In this document: positions 1 through 10,142 of the stretch, piece by piece
Layout of the letters: every line of letters begins with the position of its first letter
Position numbering within the stretch: position 1 is the first letter of the stretch
Source of the DNA: Candidatus Bathyarchaeota archaeon
Lineage (GTDB): Archaea; Thermoproteota; Bathyarchaeia; Bathyarchaeales; Bathycorpusculaceae
Length of the DNA stretch: 64,000 nt
Direction: 5' to 3'
Assembly (NCBI GenBank): GCA_963707955.1
Contig: OY970176.1
Location: forward strand, 32,001-96,000
Made by a program: the position numbers and the translations under genes
The notes under the pieces: model-generated
The model's database searches: none
What the model saw: the letters and a program-made list of their open reading frames with translations, nothing else
Told to the model about the DNA's origin: nothing

Positions 1-2
1 AG

Positions 3-827
3 CTGCAGAAAGAAGTTGCAAGTCTGAAGTCGCAGCTTGAGGCAACGAACCGAAAATCCTCAAGCAGAATCGGCATAGTCTTCGCTGTTCCCGGCATCTT
101 GTCACTCGCATTCTCCGTCATAACAGCATCACAAGTCCTGGCATTCATCGGCCTGGGCTTAACGTTCTGGGGAGCCCTCTTCTTCTTGGTCAGACCCATC
201 GCCTACGTCAGAGGCAACCTCCTAGGCATAACAGCAGTCACACTGTACTCAACGATCGACAGAATAATCAAAGACTTGAACTACGAAGGAAAGGGCCTCT
301 ACGTGCCGCCATACCCAAGAGACGCTTATCTGCCCGAACACCTAAAAGGCCTCAAAGAATCCATCGTGTTCATATCCGCCGACGCCGACTCAGGCCCACC
401 ATCGGTCGAGGAGATCGCGAGCAGCAGGTTCATGACAAAAAAACCCAGAGGAATATGCATAACTGCACCCGGATCAGGCCTCGTGGACCAGTTTGAAAAA
501 ATGTTGAGAACAGACCTGACCAAGATGAACCTCGAAGACTTGTGCGCCAGCCTACCACAGATCATCCTGGAAAACTTTCAGCTCGCAAAAGAAATCGAGA
601 TGAAAACAGAGGATCACCGAGTCATCCTGAAAACATCCGACTCAGTCTTCAAAAACCTCTACCTTGAAGAAGGCCCAAGAAGCGTGCGACTTCTAGGATG
701 CCCTCTCGTCAGCGCCGTAGCATCCGCACTGGGGAAGACAACGGGCAAAGCGACTCTGATCGAGTCCATTAACACTTCGCCAGACGTTCAAACTATCGAA
801 GTCTCCTACGGCTTCAAAGAAGGTTAG
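3..827 (+). CDS. Membrane protein with C-terminal V4R-like domain (5'-partial)
   Basis: Frame is open from the window start; two TM segments; C-terminal 'LLGCPLVSAVASAL' typical of archaeal V4R-like membrane proteins. Confidence 0.6.
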   Translation: MQKEVASLKSQLEATNRKSSSRIGIVFAVPGILSLAFSVITASQVLAFIGLGLTFWGALFFLVRPIAYVRGNLLGITAVTLYSTIDRIIKDLNYEGKGLYVPPYPRDAYLPEHLKGLKESIVFISADADSGPPSVEEIASSRFMTKKPRGICITAPGSGLVDQFEKMLRTDLTKMNLEDLCASLPQIILENFQLAKEIEMKTEDHRVILKTSDSVFKNLYLEEGPRSVRLLGCPLVSAVASALGKTTGKATLIESINTSPDVQTIEVSYGFKEG

Positions 828-831
828 GAAG

Positions 832-1029
832 ATGAGGTTTCCACTGTCAGTCTCCGACATCGGACTGTGGCTCGCAGTCACCGCGATCATACTCTTGGTA
901 ACCTCTGAACTGCTTTCCTCCTCTACCGGCCGACTGGGAAACGTTGCGATTGAAAAGAAACGTCTCAGATTAATCGCGTTAGCGCTCGGAATAGGCTTCT
1001 TGGCAACGGTCGTCATGCGCGTTGTTTAG
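832..1029 (+). CDS. Small two-TM membrane protein
   Basis: 65 aa, two hydrophobic helices, 4 bp after the upstream stop. Confidence 0.65.
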   Translation: MRFPLSVSDIGLWLAVTAIILLVTSELLSSSTGRLGNVAIEKKRLRLIALALGIGFLATVVMRVV

Positions 1030-1489
1030 CCAACGTAATCATAAACCCCATATTGGACTGCCATGTTTCTGACAACTCCATAAAAACCCTCTACAGGATT
1101 ATTCCTTACATGCGCGCGCCGTGGCCTCAACCTCAGACCAAACCTGCAATTTAAGGAGTTTCCTCACTATTTTTCATAGCAGCAGAGTTTTCGCCTTGTT
1201 TCGAAAAGGGAAGAACATGTATTAACTCGCCAGCGAAAGACAAACTTGAGGACGAAAACGCTCATGCAATGGCACAAGAGAGCACTGTCCGCACTGAACA
1301 GAGTGTATAGTGCCCTGAAAACCTAGCGCGCGCTGAGAGAGCAGCATCAAAACATGACCCAGAAAAAAACATGAAGGCAACAGCGGCTTTTACTCAAACA
1401 AGAAATATGGGGAGAGGCTGATGACGGCCTCTTGGTCTTGAAGCGCGCGTGTTCTCAGATTATGCTGCCTTGTGAAGGCTCTTGTGATG

Positions 1490-1933
1490 CTATTGCGTTC
1501 CCGTTATGTTTATGTTGAAGCTGAAGTTTGTGACGCCGCTGATGCCTGATGAAACGCTGAGAGTCAGCACAACCGTGGCATTTGAACCGGATGCCAGTTG
1601 TGTATTGTCGTGGTCCCAGCTTAGAGTGATGTAACTTTGAGCGGACGGCGAACTCCAGTTACCATAAGTCATCGTTAACGTCACCGGTATGGTGCCGTTA
1701 TTCATTACGTATATCGTGTGCGTAGCCGTGTTGCCTGGGTTCAGGGTTCCCCAACTGACGGAGGAGAGGATAGTTGTGCAACTAGAGTCTGAGTATACGC
1801 CTACTCCTACGGCGTTGATAGTCCCATTGTTGGAGAATGTGCGAGTCACAGTGAGAGTGCCCAGTGCACCCACGAGTGTGGCCATAACCGCTACTACCAA
1901 GACTGCTCCTATTGTTGCTTTTTGCATGGCCAT
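1490..1933 (-). CDS. Secreted/surface beta-rich protein
   Basis: N-terminal hydrophobic signal, Ser/Thr/Asn-rich, many N-x-S/T sequons, GGTGA SD upstream. Confidence 0.7.
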   Translation of the reverse strand: MAMQKATIGAVLVVAVMATLVGALGTLTVTRTFSNNGTINAVGVGVYSDSSCTTILSSVSWGTLNPGNTATHTIYVMNNGTIPVTLTMTYGNWSSPSAQSYITLSWDHDNTQLASGSNATVVLTLSVSSGISGVTNFSFNINITGTQ

Positions 1934-2098
1934 GTGTTTTCACCTTCGCAGACTCAGGCATCGTGAGTCTTAATAAACCTTATTGTCTAATTGAGCAACA
2001 CAGATACAAATCCCAAAACAAACACAGCACGCGCACTCTGCCTGGAGGTTTATAAGCGCTGCAGTTGACTTGTTTCTTGAGTAGCTGGCGATTAACGT

Positions 2099-2878
2099 TT
2101 GAAGGTCACAAAAAGTGGCGTTAGTGACGTCCGAGCGAAGCAGAAACGTAGATTGTGGTTTGATGAGTTGAACATGAGAGAGGTCAAAGAGTGTGCCAAG
2201 TCAAGCAACGCCGTCATAGTTCCTGTTGGGAGTGTTGAGGAGCATGGAGCCCACCTCCCTCTTTGCACCGACAGCGTACAGCCTGAGTTTGTAGCATTGG
2301 AGGTGGCCAAGAGAACTGGGTGCTCGGTTGCACCGCCCTTGAGATACGGGGTCTGCGATTCGACGAGGGGTTTTCCTGGTACGATTTCAATTGGGTTTGA
2401 GTCTTTGCACAGGGTTGTTCGAGACGTTCTTGAAGAGTTTGTTCGCAACGGTTTCAGGAGGATTCTTGTTTTGAGCGGTCACGCCGGTCAGGCTCACATG
2501 GCTGCGCTCAGACTTGCGGCGCAGGAAGTTGTTTGGAATCATCAGGGCGAGAGTGCGGAGAAGAAATGTCGGATTATGGTGTGTTCAGATTATGACTTTG
2601 CCTATGAGTTGAGGGGGAAGTATTTCAGCGAGAAGGACGGCCATGCTGGAGCGATCGAGACTTCGAGGGTTATGGCCATCAGACCTGATCTAGTTAAGAT
2701 GAGGGGTAAGAAGAGTTTTCCGACGCTGCCGAGGTTCGAAATAGTCGCGGATGCGCAGAAGTATTTTCCGAGCGGTGTGATCGGCGACCCGACAGCGGCG
2801 TCGCGGACGAAAGGCCGGATGATTAACAGTTACGTCGTCGACAACGTGGCCAGACTCGTGGAAGAGTTGATGCGCTGA
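2099..2878 (+). CDS. Creatininase family amidohydrolase
   Basis: PVGSVEEHGAHLP..D, SGHAG and DGHAGAIETS motifs. Confidence 0.9.
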   Translation: MKVTKSGVSDVRAKQKRRLWFDELNMREVKECAKSSNAVIVPVGSVEEHGAHLPLCTDSVQPEFVALEVAKRTGCSVAPPLRYGVCDSTRGFPGTISIGFESLHRVVRDVLEEFVRNGFRRILVLSGHAGQAHMAALRLAAQEVVWNHQGESAEKKCRIMVCSDYDFAYELRGKYFSEKDGHAGAIETSRVMAIRPDLVKMRGKKSFPTLPRFEIVADAQKYFPSGVIGDPTAASRTKGRMINSYVVDNVARLVEELMR

Positions 2879-3044
2879 CGGTCGACAATGGGATTAGTCA
2901 TGTGACGTTGACGCCAAGCGCCTGTAAAATGGAGTGTGCGTGCAACGGCGGTAGGGCTCTCTATTTGGAGACAAATGTATACTGGTTTCGAGAGTGCGCG
3001 CTCAAAGTTTAAGGTTTATATGTCTTCGTGTTGAAGGTTCCATT

Positions 3045-3929
3045 ATGCCGCACGGGCGCAGGAAGTCTCACGAACTTAGAAATGCACTCATCGTCGCAGT
3101 AGTTTTGATTCTTATCCTTGGCATAGTCGTGGCGGCCTATCGAATGAACGGCGGCGGGCCCACGTATTCGGATGTCTCAAATACTTCAACGGTGGCAGGT
3201 TCATCATGTACCTTCAGTACTCTCTGGGCGGATAATGCGAACGTGAGCGGTTACATTTTCGAAACCAACAACACTGGCACATTCGTTAATGACACGTGGA
3301 CACCGTTCTCAGATTTCGTGGGTCCAACATCCAGCAATGCCACGGTTACGAAGACCTTGGACAACACGATCGGCGACGTTGTTCAATGGAGGTTCTGGTG
3401 CAACGACACCAATAACAAATGGAACACTGTTCCGATGCAGAGCTTTTTTGTTGACACAAACAAAGTTCTGCTTGTGACAAGCATGGGAAACATAACGATC
3501 AAACTCTACGATGACATGCCCATTACAACGGGGAACTTCAAGAATCTAGTAAGAACCGGAGTGTATAATGGGGCCCTCTTTAGCAGGGTTGCCTATGGTT
3601 TTGTGATCCAAGGCGGGGACGCTACGCCGAAGGGCATAACGGTGCCTCCGATTAAGGATGAACTTCCTAACAAGCACAGCAACGTGGCCGGAGCAGTGGC
3701 CATGGCTAAAACAAGCCAACCCAACTCTGCTGCGAGCCAGTTTTTCATAGACTTGAACGACACCAACGCTGCCAAGTTGGACAGCACCTACTCGGTCTTT
3801 GGCATGGTGATATCAGGCATGGACGTCGTTGACAATATCGGCCAAGTGCCCATCACCCCCGTGAATAGCGCGACTGACGGCACGCCAGTTGAGAACATAT
3901 ACATCATATCAGCACAATTCATCAGATAG
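3045..3929 (+). CDS. Membrane-anchored cyclophilin-type peptidyl-prolyl isomerase with Ig-like linker
   Basis: N-terminal TM; FSRVAYGFVIQGGD, VAMA, SQFFI and YSVFG cyclophilin motifs; start set at ATG 3045. Confidence 0.85.
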   Translation: MPHGRRKSHELRNALIVAVVLILILGIVVAAYRMNGGGPTYSDVSNTSTVAGSSCTFSTLWADNANVSGYIFETNNTGTFVNDTWTPFSDFVGPTSSNATVTKTLDNTIGDVVQWRFWCNDTNNKWNTVPMQSFFVDTNKVLLVTSMGNITIKLYDDMPITTGNFKNLVRTGVYNGALFSRVAYGFVIQGGDATPKGITVPPIKDELPNKHSNVAGAVAMAKTSQPNSAASQFFIDLNDTNAAKLDSTYSVFGMVISGMDVVDNIGQVPITPVNSATDGTPVENIYIISAQFIR

Positions 3930-4222
3930 CAAGCCAGGAACGCACAGCTTACTGAGCGTGCAGTGTCACGAGAACTTCAGGATCACTTCAGCAGTTACGT
4001 CCATGCCGTTGACTGGCAGATTAACTCCTGACGTGACGTGGGAAGATTTGAGCGCCTCTGCAAATGCCCGTCCAACCTTCTCAGGAGTAAGCTCATCGAA
4101 ACTCAGTCGTGTTCCAACTCCTAAACGTTCCAGCCTCAGCGCGTGCTTTCCTAAATAGTATGAAATCACTAGTTCTCTGAAGGTTGAGCAATCAGAGTAG
4201 CGTGCCAAGAACAAATGTTGAT

Positions 4223-4633
4223 CTAAACTAGTTGGTCCTCGTTGGTCGTCATGACGGAGAATTTTATCTGTTTCACTGGCTTGTTTGCTTTCAGGCCGTC
4301 TAAGAGGCTTTTCAGACGCTTAGGAGATCCTTTCACTACCATGACCTCGAGACAGCTGCTCTCCGTCAAGTGTGAATGAAGGTATGCGGCAATCATGTCG
4401 CTGAACTCGTGCTGGAGCCTGAACAGTTCTTCGTTTTTTTCTTTTTTTTCATAGAGGACCGTTATCGTGGCCATTATGTTTCCTTTGATTTCGTCGAGTT
4501 CCTTGTACTCTGAAATGTATGTCCGAAGAGCTTGTCTTATCACCTCAGACCTTGATGCGTATCGTTCTTCTCCAAGGATGGCATCTAGCTCTTTCAGCAG
4601 TTCTTCGGGTAATGATAGACTGATTATTCCCAA
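4223..4633 (-). CDS. nikR: NikR-family ribbon-helix-helix metal-responsive regulator
   Basis: ISLSLPEELL..SRSEVIR RHH domain; QH..HSH..C metal ligands; likely TTG start at 4633. Confidence 0.85.
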   Translation of the reverse strand: MGIISLSLPEELLKELDAILGEERYASRSEVIRQALRTYISEYKELDEIKGNIMATITVLYEKKEKNEELFRLQHEFSDMIAAYLHSHLTESSCLEVMVVKGSPKRLKSLLDGLKANKPVKQIKFSVMTTNEDQLV

Positions 4634-4852
4634 CGTCTTCGCCTCAGCATTCTGCAGTGTATTAAGGTTGTCTTTTTCTAATAAGACTGACTGGAGCGGC
4701 TTATGAATCAAAACTAAACCAGCCGCGAAAAGCTGCTGAGCGCGGGGTTACTGAAAAGGACGAAAAATCAGCAAATTTGGAAGAACCTCTTCGGAGTTAT
4801 GCAGAAAACGACTTTGATTTTGGCAGCATCAGCCTGCAATCAAGGTCGAAGC

Positions 4853-5665
4853 TTAGCGTTTGAGCCACTGGACTGTTTTTTTGCCCGTAATGACGAAGAG
4901 AAAGATCGTGAGGCCGACGATAACTATTGTGGCGCCTGGGGTCGTGTCGAGCACGATACACAGCAGCAGGCCGAGAACGACAGTTAGAAGACCGAACACG
5001 GGAGAGAGTGTCATCGTCTGCTTGAACGATCGACTAACTTGGAGGCTTGTGAGGGCGGGAAGCACAAGTAGAGCAGATATCAGCAGTACACCGACGATCG
5101 GTATGGCGGCCATAACTACCACGCCGGCAAGGGCGCTCACTAGGTAATCGAAGAACCATGTTTTCACGCCGGCGGCTTTGGCCTGAGTTTCGTCGAAAGT
5201 GACCAAGACGAGCTCCTTGTAAAATGCGATGACGACGGCTAAAGTTGCAATGAGTACCGCCAGCGCGATGTATATCTGCTCGTAATTGACCAAGATGATG
5301 CTTCCGAAAAGCAAGCTCTCCAAATTGACCCCGAAGCCTCTTGCCAAACTGAGAAGCACGCCACCACCGGCCAAGCCCAACTGAAGAAACAACGCGACGG
5401 CTGCGTCTCCAGATATCTTGGCAGAACGGATTGCTTTCGTCATCCCCATTGAGCCTAGTACCACGACGATCGACGCTACCCAATTAACCGATTGTTGAAC
5501 CCCGAGGAAATAGCCGAGCGCCAAGCCTCCGAAGGCCGTGTGCCCTAAGCCGTCCCCGATAAGTGAAAGCCTTTTTAGCACGATGAAAATGCTCAGGATA
5601 GAAGTGAGGATCGCCAGTATGACTCCAGCAACGAAGGCTCGCTGGACAAAGGGTTGCTGCAGCAT
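4853..5665 (-). CDS. znuB: Zn/Mn ABC transporter permease
   Basis: GDGLGHTAFGG, LFGSI and FDETQA ABC-3 motifs. Confidence 0.9.
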   Translation of the reverse strand: MLQQPFVQRAFVAGVILAILTSILSIFIVLKRLSLIGDGLGHTAFGGLALGYFLGVQQSVNWVASIVVVLGSMGMTKAIRSAKISGDAAVALFLQLGLAGGGVLLSLARGFGVNLESLLFGSIILVNYEQIYIALAVLIATLAVVIAFYKELVLVTFDETQAKAAGVKTWFFDYLVSALAGVVVMAAIPIVGVLLISALLVLPALTSLQVSRSFKQTMTLSPVFGLLTVVLGLLLCIVLDTTPGATIVIVGLTIFLFVITGKKTVQWLKR

Positions 5666-5678
5666 GTCGAGTAGAGAG

Positions 5679-6437
5679 TCAAGGATGATCGTGATGCATC
5701 ATCTCCACCGGATAACCGTACATCTTCGGCAGCACCGAACTCGGAGAGAACTCAGACTTCTGACCGCAGAAGAACAATGATCTGTTGATGCAGACGACCC
5801 TGTTGGCGAGCTTGGTGACCACCCCGATGTCGTGGGAGGACAAAACGATGGTTATTCCCTTCTCTCCATTCAAGCGTTCCAGTATGTCGTAAAACTCCGC
5901 TTTCGAAGCCACATCAACTCCGGTCGTAGGCTCATCCAGCAAGAGTAGCTTCGGCTCCGCGACGATCGCCTTCGCCACGAAAACCCGCTGCGACTGCCCA
6001 CCTGAAAGTTGCCCAATCTTCCTGTCTTTCAGCTCGTATATCCCGAAAAGTTTCAGCGCTTCAACGACTTTCTGCCTATCCCGTCCGCCTAGCCGGCGCA
6101 GCAGACCTGTCCGTGCGGCTCTTCCAAGCATGACAGTTTCAAACACGGTGAAAGGAAAGTTGGGATCCTGCGCCTGTGCCTTCTGGGGAACATAGCCAAC
6201 ATACTTAAGGTTCTTTGCCAAGACTTCGTCGTCGAACAGCTTGACCGAGCCAGAGGTGGGCTTTATCAGCCCTAAAACAACGCCTAGGAGTGTGGACTTG
6301 CCCGCTCCGTTGGGACCGATTAAGCCGATCAGGTCTCGGTCGTTAACGTCCAGGGTGATTCTGTCGAGAGCTAACACTCCGTTGCCGTATCTAACGCTGA
6401 CATCGCGAAGTTCGACGATCGGTTTAGCTGATTCCAA
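5679..6437 (-). CDS. znuC: Zn/Mn ABC transporter ATPase
   Basis: GPNGAGKST, LSGGQ, LLLDEP and SSHD motifs. Confidence 0.9.
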   Translation of the reverse strand: MESAKPIVELRDVSVRYGNGVLALDRITLDVNDRDLIGLIGPNGAGKSTLLGVVLGLIKPTSGSVKLFDDEVLAKNLKYVGYVPQKAQAQDPNFPFTVFETVMLGRAARTGLLRRLGGRDRQKVVEALKLFGIYELKDRKIGQLSGGQSQRVFVAKAIVAEPKLLLLDEPTTGVDVASKAEFYDILERLNGEKGITIVLSSHDIGVVTKLANRVVCINRSLFFCGQKSEFSPSSVLPKMYGYPVEMMHHDHP

Positions 6438-7389
6438 CGTTGTTCAACGCCAAGACTATGTTTGAAAGATCTTCCTGCATCAAGCTGAGGTAAGTTTTGC
6501 CAGCGCTCTGTTCCTGCGCCGTCAAACCTTCGATCGGGTTCATCAGTATCAACGTGGCGTTGGTTTCGCTACTGATCGCCTGCGAGATGGCTGGGTTCTC
6601 GAGTGACTCGTAGCCGACGTAAAGCAGGTGGTGTTGGTGTATGGCGTCGATGACGTTCTGGATGTCGCTCGTAGTGGGTTCTTCTTCAAATGGGCCTGCG
6701 ATAGGTATCTGGGTTAGGTTGTACTGTTTGGCGAAGTATGCGAAGGCCTCGTGGAAAGTAACAAAGTCCCTTGTTTTCACGTTCGCCGTGCCGTTGACGA
6801 TTTGGGAATTCAGGTAATCGAGCTTTGCCTCGTAATTCTGAGCGTTCGCAGTGAAATACAGCTGGTCTAGTGGGTCCGCTTTGATCAACCCCTTAAGGAT
6901 ATTGTCCACTTGCTGCTTTGCAAGGACAGGATCGAGCCATATGTGTGGATCTACTGTTCTGTTTTCCTTTTGGAATTGCGGTGGCACCTGCAACAACGGT
7001 ATACCTTGGCTCGTGTCCACAACCACTAGCCTAGGATTGTCCGCCGCGCTTACTATCTGCGGGATCCAAGGTTCAAGCCCCGCGCCGTTGTAAATGAGCA
7101 AGTCCGCGCTGGACACCTGCAGTACAGATGAGGGTGTTGGGTCAAAATTATGAACGTCGACAGTCTCCGGCACGAGGAGGGTCAGGCTTATTTTGTCTCC
7201 TCCAACGTTCTTTGTGAAATCGTATATTGGATAGAAGGTGGCAAGAACCTTCAGCATCTTGCTTTGCCCAGTCGCAGAACTAGAAGATCTGAACGGGCCG
7301 AATTCGTATATTGCTACGGCCGAAACGATGACCAGAAGCGTCACCGCCGACACCACCAAGGCGCTTCTATGAAGGAGCGCATGTGTCAT
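6424..7389 (-). CDS. znuA: Zn/Mn ABC transporter substrate-binding protein
   Basis: DVHNFDP, DPHIWLDP and FHEAFAYF motifs; N-terminal TM; start ATG 7389. Confidence 0.9.
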   Translation of the reverse strand: MTHALLHRSALVVSAVTLLVIVSAVAIYEFGPFRSSSSATGQSKMLKVLATFYPIYDFTKNVGGDKISLTLLVPETVDVHNFDPTPSSVLQVSSADLLIYNGAGLEPWIPQIVSAADNPRLVVVDTSQGIPLLQVPPQFQKENRTVDPHIWLDPVLAKQQVDNILKGLIKADPLDQLYFTANAQNYEAKLDYLNSQIVNGTANVKTRDFVTFHEAFAYFAKQYNLTQIPIAGPFEEEPTTSDIQNVIDAIHQHHLLYVGYESLENPAISQAISSETNATLILMNPIEGLTAQEQSAGKTYLSLMQEDLSNIVLALNNVGIS

Positions 7390-7423
7390 TTTGGACCATC
7401 CATAATCTGTGTAATCAAGGATA

Positions 7424-7451
7424 TTATTAACTTTTGCGCAAAAGTTAATAA
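7424..7451. promoter_or_regulatory. 28-bp perfect palindrome, candidate NikR-type operator
   Basis: TTATTA-ACTTTTGCGCAAAAGT-TAATAA (6-16-6), about 35 bp upstream of the znuA start. Confidence 0.7.
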
Positions 7452-7771
7452 CAATGGTACTGGGCGTGGCAAAAATCAATAACCATGCCGAGCCACTCAA
7501 GAAAGTGCACGCGTCGGAACGTTACGTTGAAGCTTCAGCTTCAGCGCGCGAGGATTCCAAGCGGCCTTATGGCCGGCCCGCTTTGGAATAGGGGTGGTAA
7601 TGCTTCTACGTCGGGATGACCCGGAACCTAGCTTTTGTGGAAACAGTCTCGGAGCTTCGGTCGAATTAGTCTAGGGACAAGCCGGCGTGCACTTCTGCCC
7701 GGAGAAGTGATGAAACGTCTCAAGTATTCTTGCTGGCACTGTGGATGAAAGAAAAAGGGGGAGGAGCTGCT

Positions 7772-9556
7772 TTATTTGCCACTGATTCTCTGTGGACTCG
7801 TGATTGGCACAAAGGGGTTCTGCTTGCGAACAAGCATTGCGTTAGCGATTCTTTTCAATGCGTTCATATAGGCCGCGATGCGCATGTTGACTTTGTGTTC
7901 TTCTACAACTGCTAAGACTTCATTGAATGCGTTGACTATTGTACTCTGCAGTTTGCTACGTACCTCTTCTTCCGACCAATAGTAGTTCATTTGGTTCTGA
8001 ACCTGTTCGAAGTAGCTCACAATTACGCCGCCTGAATTCGCCAGGATGTCTGGTATTACGAACACGCCGTTTCTGAACAGTATTTCGTCCGCCGCAGGTG
8101 TCGTAGGCCCATTTGCTCCTTCGGCCACTATCTTTGATCTGATCTTGCCTGCATTCGTCTCAGTAATCTGGTTTTCCATTGCCGCGGGCACAAGAATGTC
8201 ACATTCCAACTCGAGAAGTTCTCCATTGGTTAGGCCTTTGCAGTTCTCATAGTCGATGACAGATCCTCTTTCGTTTTTGTATTCTAAGACTTTTGCTGGG
8301 TCCAACCCATCTGGACTGTAGATCCCGCCTTTGGAATCAGAGATTGCCACGATTCTGCATCCAAGATCATGGAGCAGTTTTGCTGCATGGTAGCCCACGT
8401 TTCCGAACCCTTGAACGGCAACGGTTGCTCCTTTGAGCTCTATGTCCAAGTGCTTTGCAGCTTCGACGATGGTGTACATCACTCCTCTGGAGGTTGCTTC
8501 GACTCTTCCAAGTGAACCGCCTATGCAAACTGGTTTGCCTGTGACAACGCCGAAAGCGTTGCACCCAACCATCTGACTGTACTCATCCATCATCCATGCC
8601 ATCGTTTGTGCGTCCGTGTAAACATCCGGTGCGGGCACATCAGAGTATGGACCGATGAATCTTGCCAACGCGCGTGTGTAACCTCTTGTTAGCCTTTCCA
8701 GCTCTCCGGAAGACATCTCTTTCGGGTTGCAGCGTATTCCTCCTTTGCCGCCGCCAAGAGGCAGTCCTACGACGGCAGTTTTCAGCGTCATCCACGCAGA
8801 CAGCGCTATGACCTCCTCGAGTGTCAGTTCAGGATGATATCTTATGCCGCCTTTTGTCGGACCCAAAGTGTCGTTGTATTGTACACGGTAACCTGTGAAC
8901 ACTCGCATGCTTCCATCGTCCATCACAACCGGGACATTGACGATTATTGTTCTCATTGGACGTTTGAGCATTTCGTGGACTCCCTGGTCCAGTTTCAGTT
9001 TTTCTCCCGCGATCTGCATCAGTTCCAGAACGGTTTTGTAGGGATTCGGCATTGTCGCTATGGGTGAAAGCGTTTCCGTTCTAATCGACAAAGCGGTCTG
9101 CGTCTTCTCAATGAGGTTTCTGAAGTTTTCTCTAGCCAGTTCACCGTTTCCTTCAGAAGTTCCAAAGAACCACTTGTAAGCCTCTATCACTGATTCCGTT
9201 CTGCTTGCGACGAAACCACTCGCAGATATCATTCTGGGATTCGGAGAGAAGTAGTCGATGAGCACGCGAACCATGTTGATTTCTTCTCTAGATAGGGCAT
9301 ACCATCTCTTAACCGGATAAGGCGCTTCCACGTGAACGTATTCCGCTTCTTTGATTTTTCTCTCAATTTCCTCAAGTATCTTCCAAGCGTCGGCTTCAGG
9401 GACATCAAAGTTCTCCGAATACGTCGTTGTCAACGCATAATGAGCTGTGGAGTAACTCTCAATCTTTGTGGCCAGTTCAGGTTTTTCAGAGAGAAACTCC
9501 GCCATCAGTTTCATCATTCCAAGTTCTCGGCGTGAAAGTTCTATCGAGCTTAACAT
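7772..9556 (-). CDS. gdhA: Glu/Leu/Phe/Val (glutamate) dehydrogenase with ~170-aa N-terminal extension
   Basis: GPTKGGIRY, GGGKGG, VPAPD, QGFGNVG and EGANGP motifs. Confidence 0.9.
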   Translation of the reverse strand: MLSSIELSRRELGMMKLMAEFLSEKPELATKIESYSTAHYALTTTYSENFDVPEADAWKILEEIERKIKEAEYVHVEAPYPVKRWYALSREEINMVRVLIDYFSPNPRMISASGFVASRTESVIEAYKWFFGTSEGNGELARENFRNLIEKTQTALSIRTETLSPIATMPNPYKTVLELMQIAGEKLKLDQGVHEMLKRPMRTIIVNVPVVMDDGSMRVFTGYRVQYNDTLGPTKGGIRYHPELTLEEVIALSAWMTLKTAVVGLPLGGGKGGIRCNPKEMSSGELERLTRGYTRALARFIGPYSDVPAPDVYTDAQTMAWMMDEYSQMVGCNAFGVVTGKPVCIGGSLGRVEATSRGVMYTIVEAAKHLDIELKGATVAVQGFGNVGYHAAKLLHDLGCRIVAISDSKGGIYSPDGLDPAKVLEYKNERGSVIDYENCKGLTNGELLELECDILVPAAMENQITETNAGKIRSKIVAEGANGPTTPAADEILFRNGVFVIPDILANSGGVIVSYFEQVQNQMNYYWSEEEVRSKLQSTIVNAFNEVLAVVEEHKVNMRIAAYMNALKRIANAMLVRKQNPFVPITSPQRISGK

Positions 9557-9595
9557 ATCCTTTTCATCTCCACATTATCTCGATTCCACAGCACA

Positions 9596-9919
9596 TCAAT
9601 AGCGCAATCCTCTGTCGACCGTCTTTATGCCTTTGAAGCTCAGTGGAACCTCGGAGACTTCCTCTTCAAATCTGAGCTCATACACATCTTTTGAACCACA
9701 TGCTTGGCACTCTCTGGCTTTCAATCTGCACACTTGACAGGCTTCTGATTCCATTCCGATTCGAAGGCACAAGTCCTCCTTTCCATCTCTGTGGCCGATG
9801 ACCATCCCCACAAACTCAGTCCAAGTTATTCCGCAGCTAGCGCACGCGAATCTTCTCTTTCTCAGCTCCTCACTTGAATCTCTGCTTTTCATTTCTTGAA
9901 ATATCTGTTCTAGTTTCAT
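9596..9919 (-). CDS. Small Cys-rich (zinc-ribbon-like) protein
   Basis: Three CxxC pairs; co-oriented upstream of gdh. Confidence 0.6.
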   Translation of the reverse strand: MKLEQIFQEMKSRDSSEELRKRRFACASCGITWTEFVGMVIGHRDGKEDLCLRIGMESEACQVCRLKARECQACGSKDVYELRFEEEVSEVPLSFKGIKTVDRGLRY

Positions 9920-10142
9920 TTTACTCTCCCAACATTTTAAGCACATTTAGCCATATTTATACGTTTTGTCCGATTTCAGAGTGAATATGCGTACATTTTA
10001 AGATAATCGTGTCATATAGTGCGGATAATGCCCTGCGATAACCGTTTATCTTTTTGAGACATTCGACACTGTAAGATTTCAAGGGGTAAATCATATGATT
10101 TAAAAGCTTTGAACGCGTATTTTTCGGATAAGAGGGTGTAAG

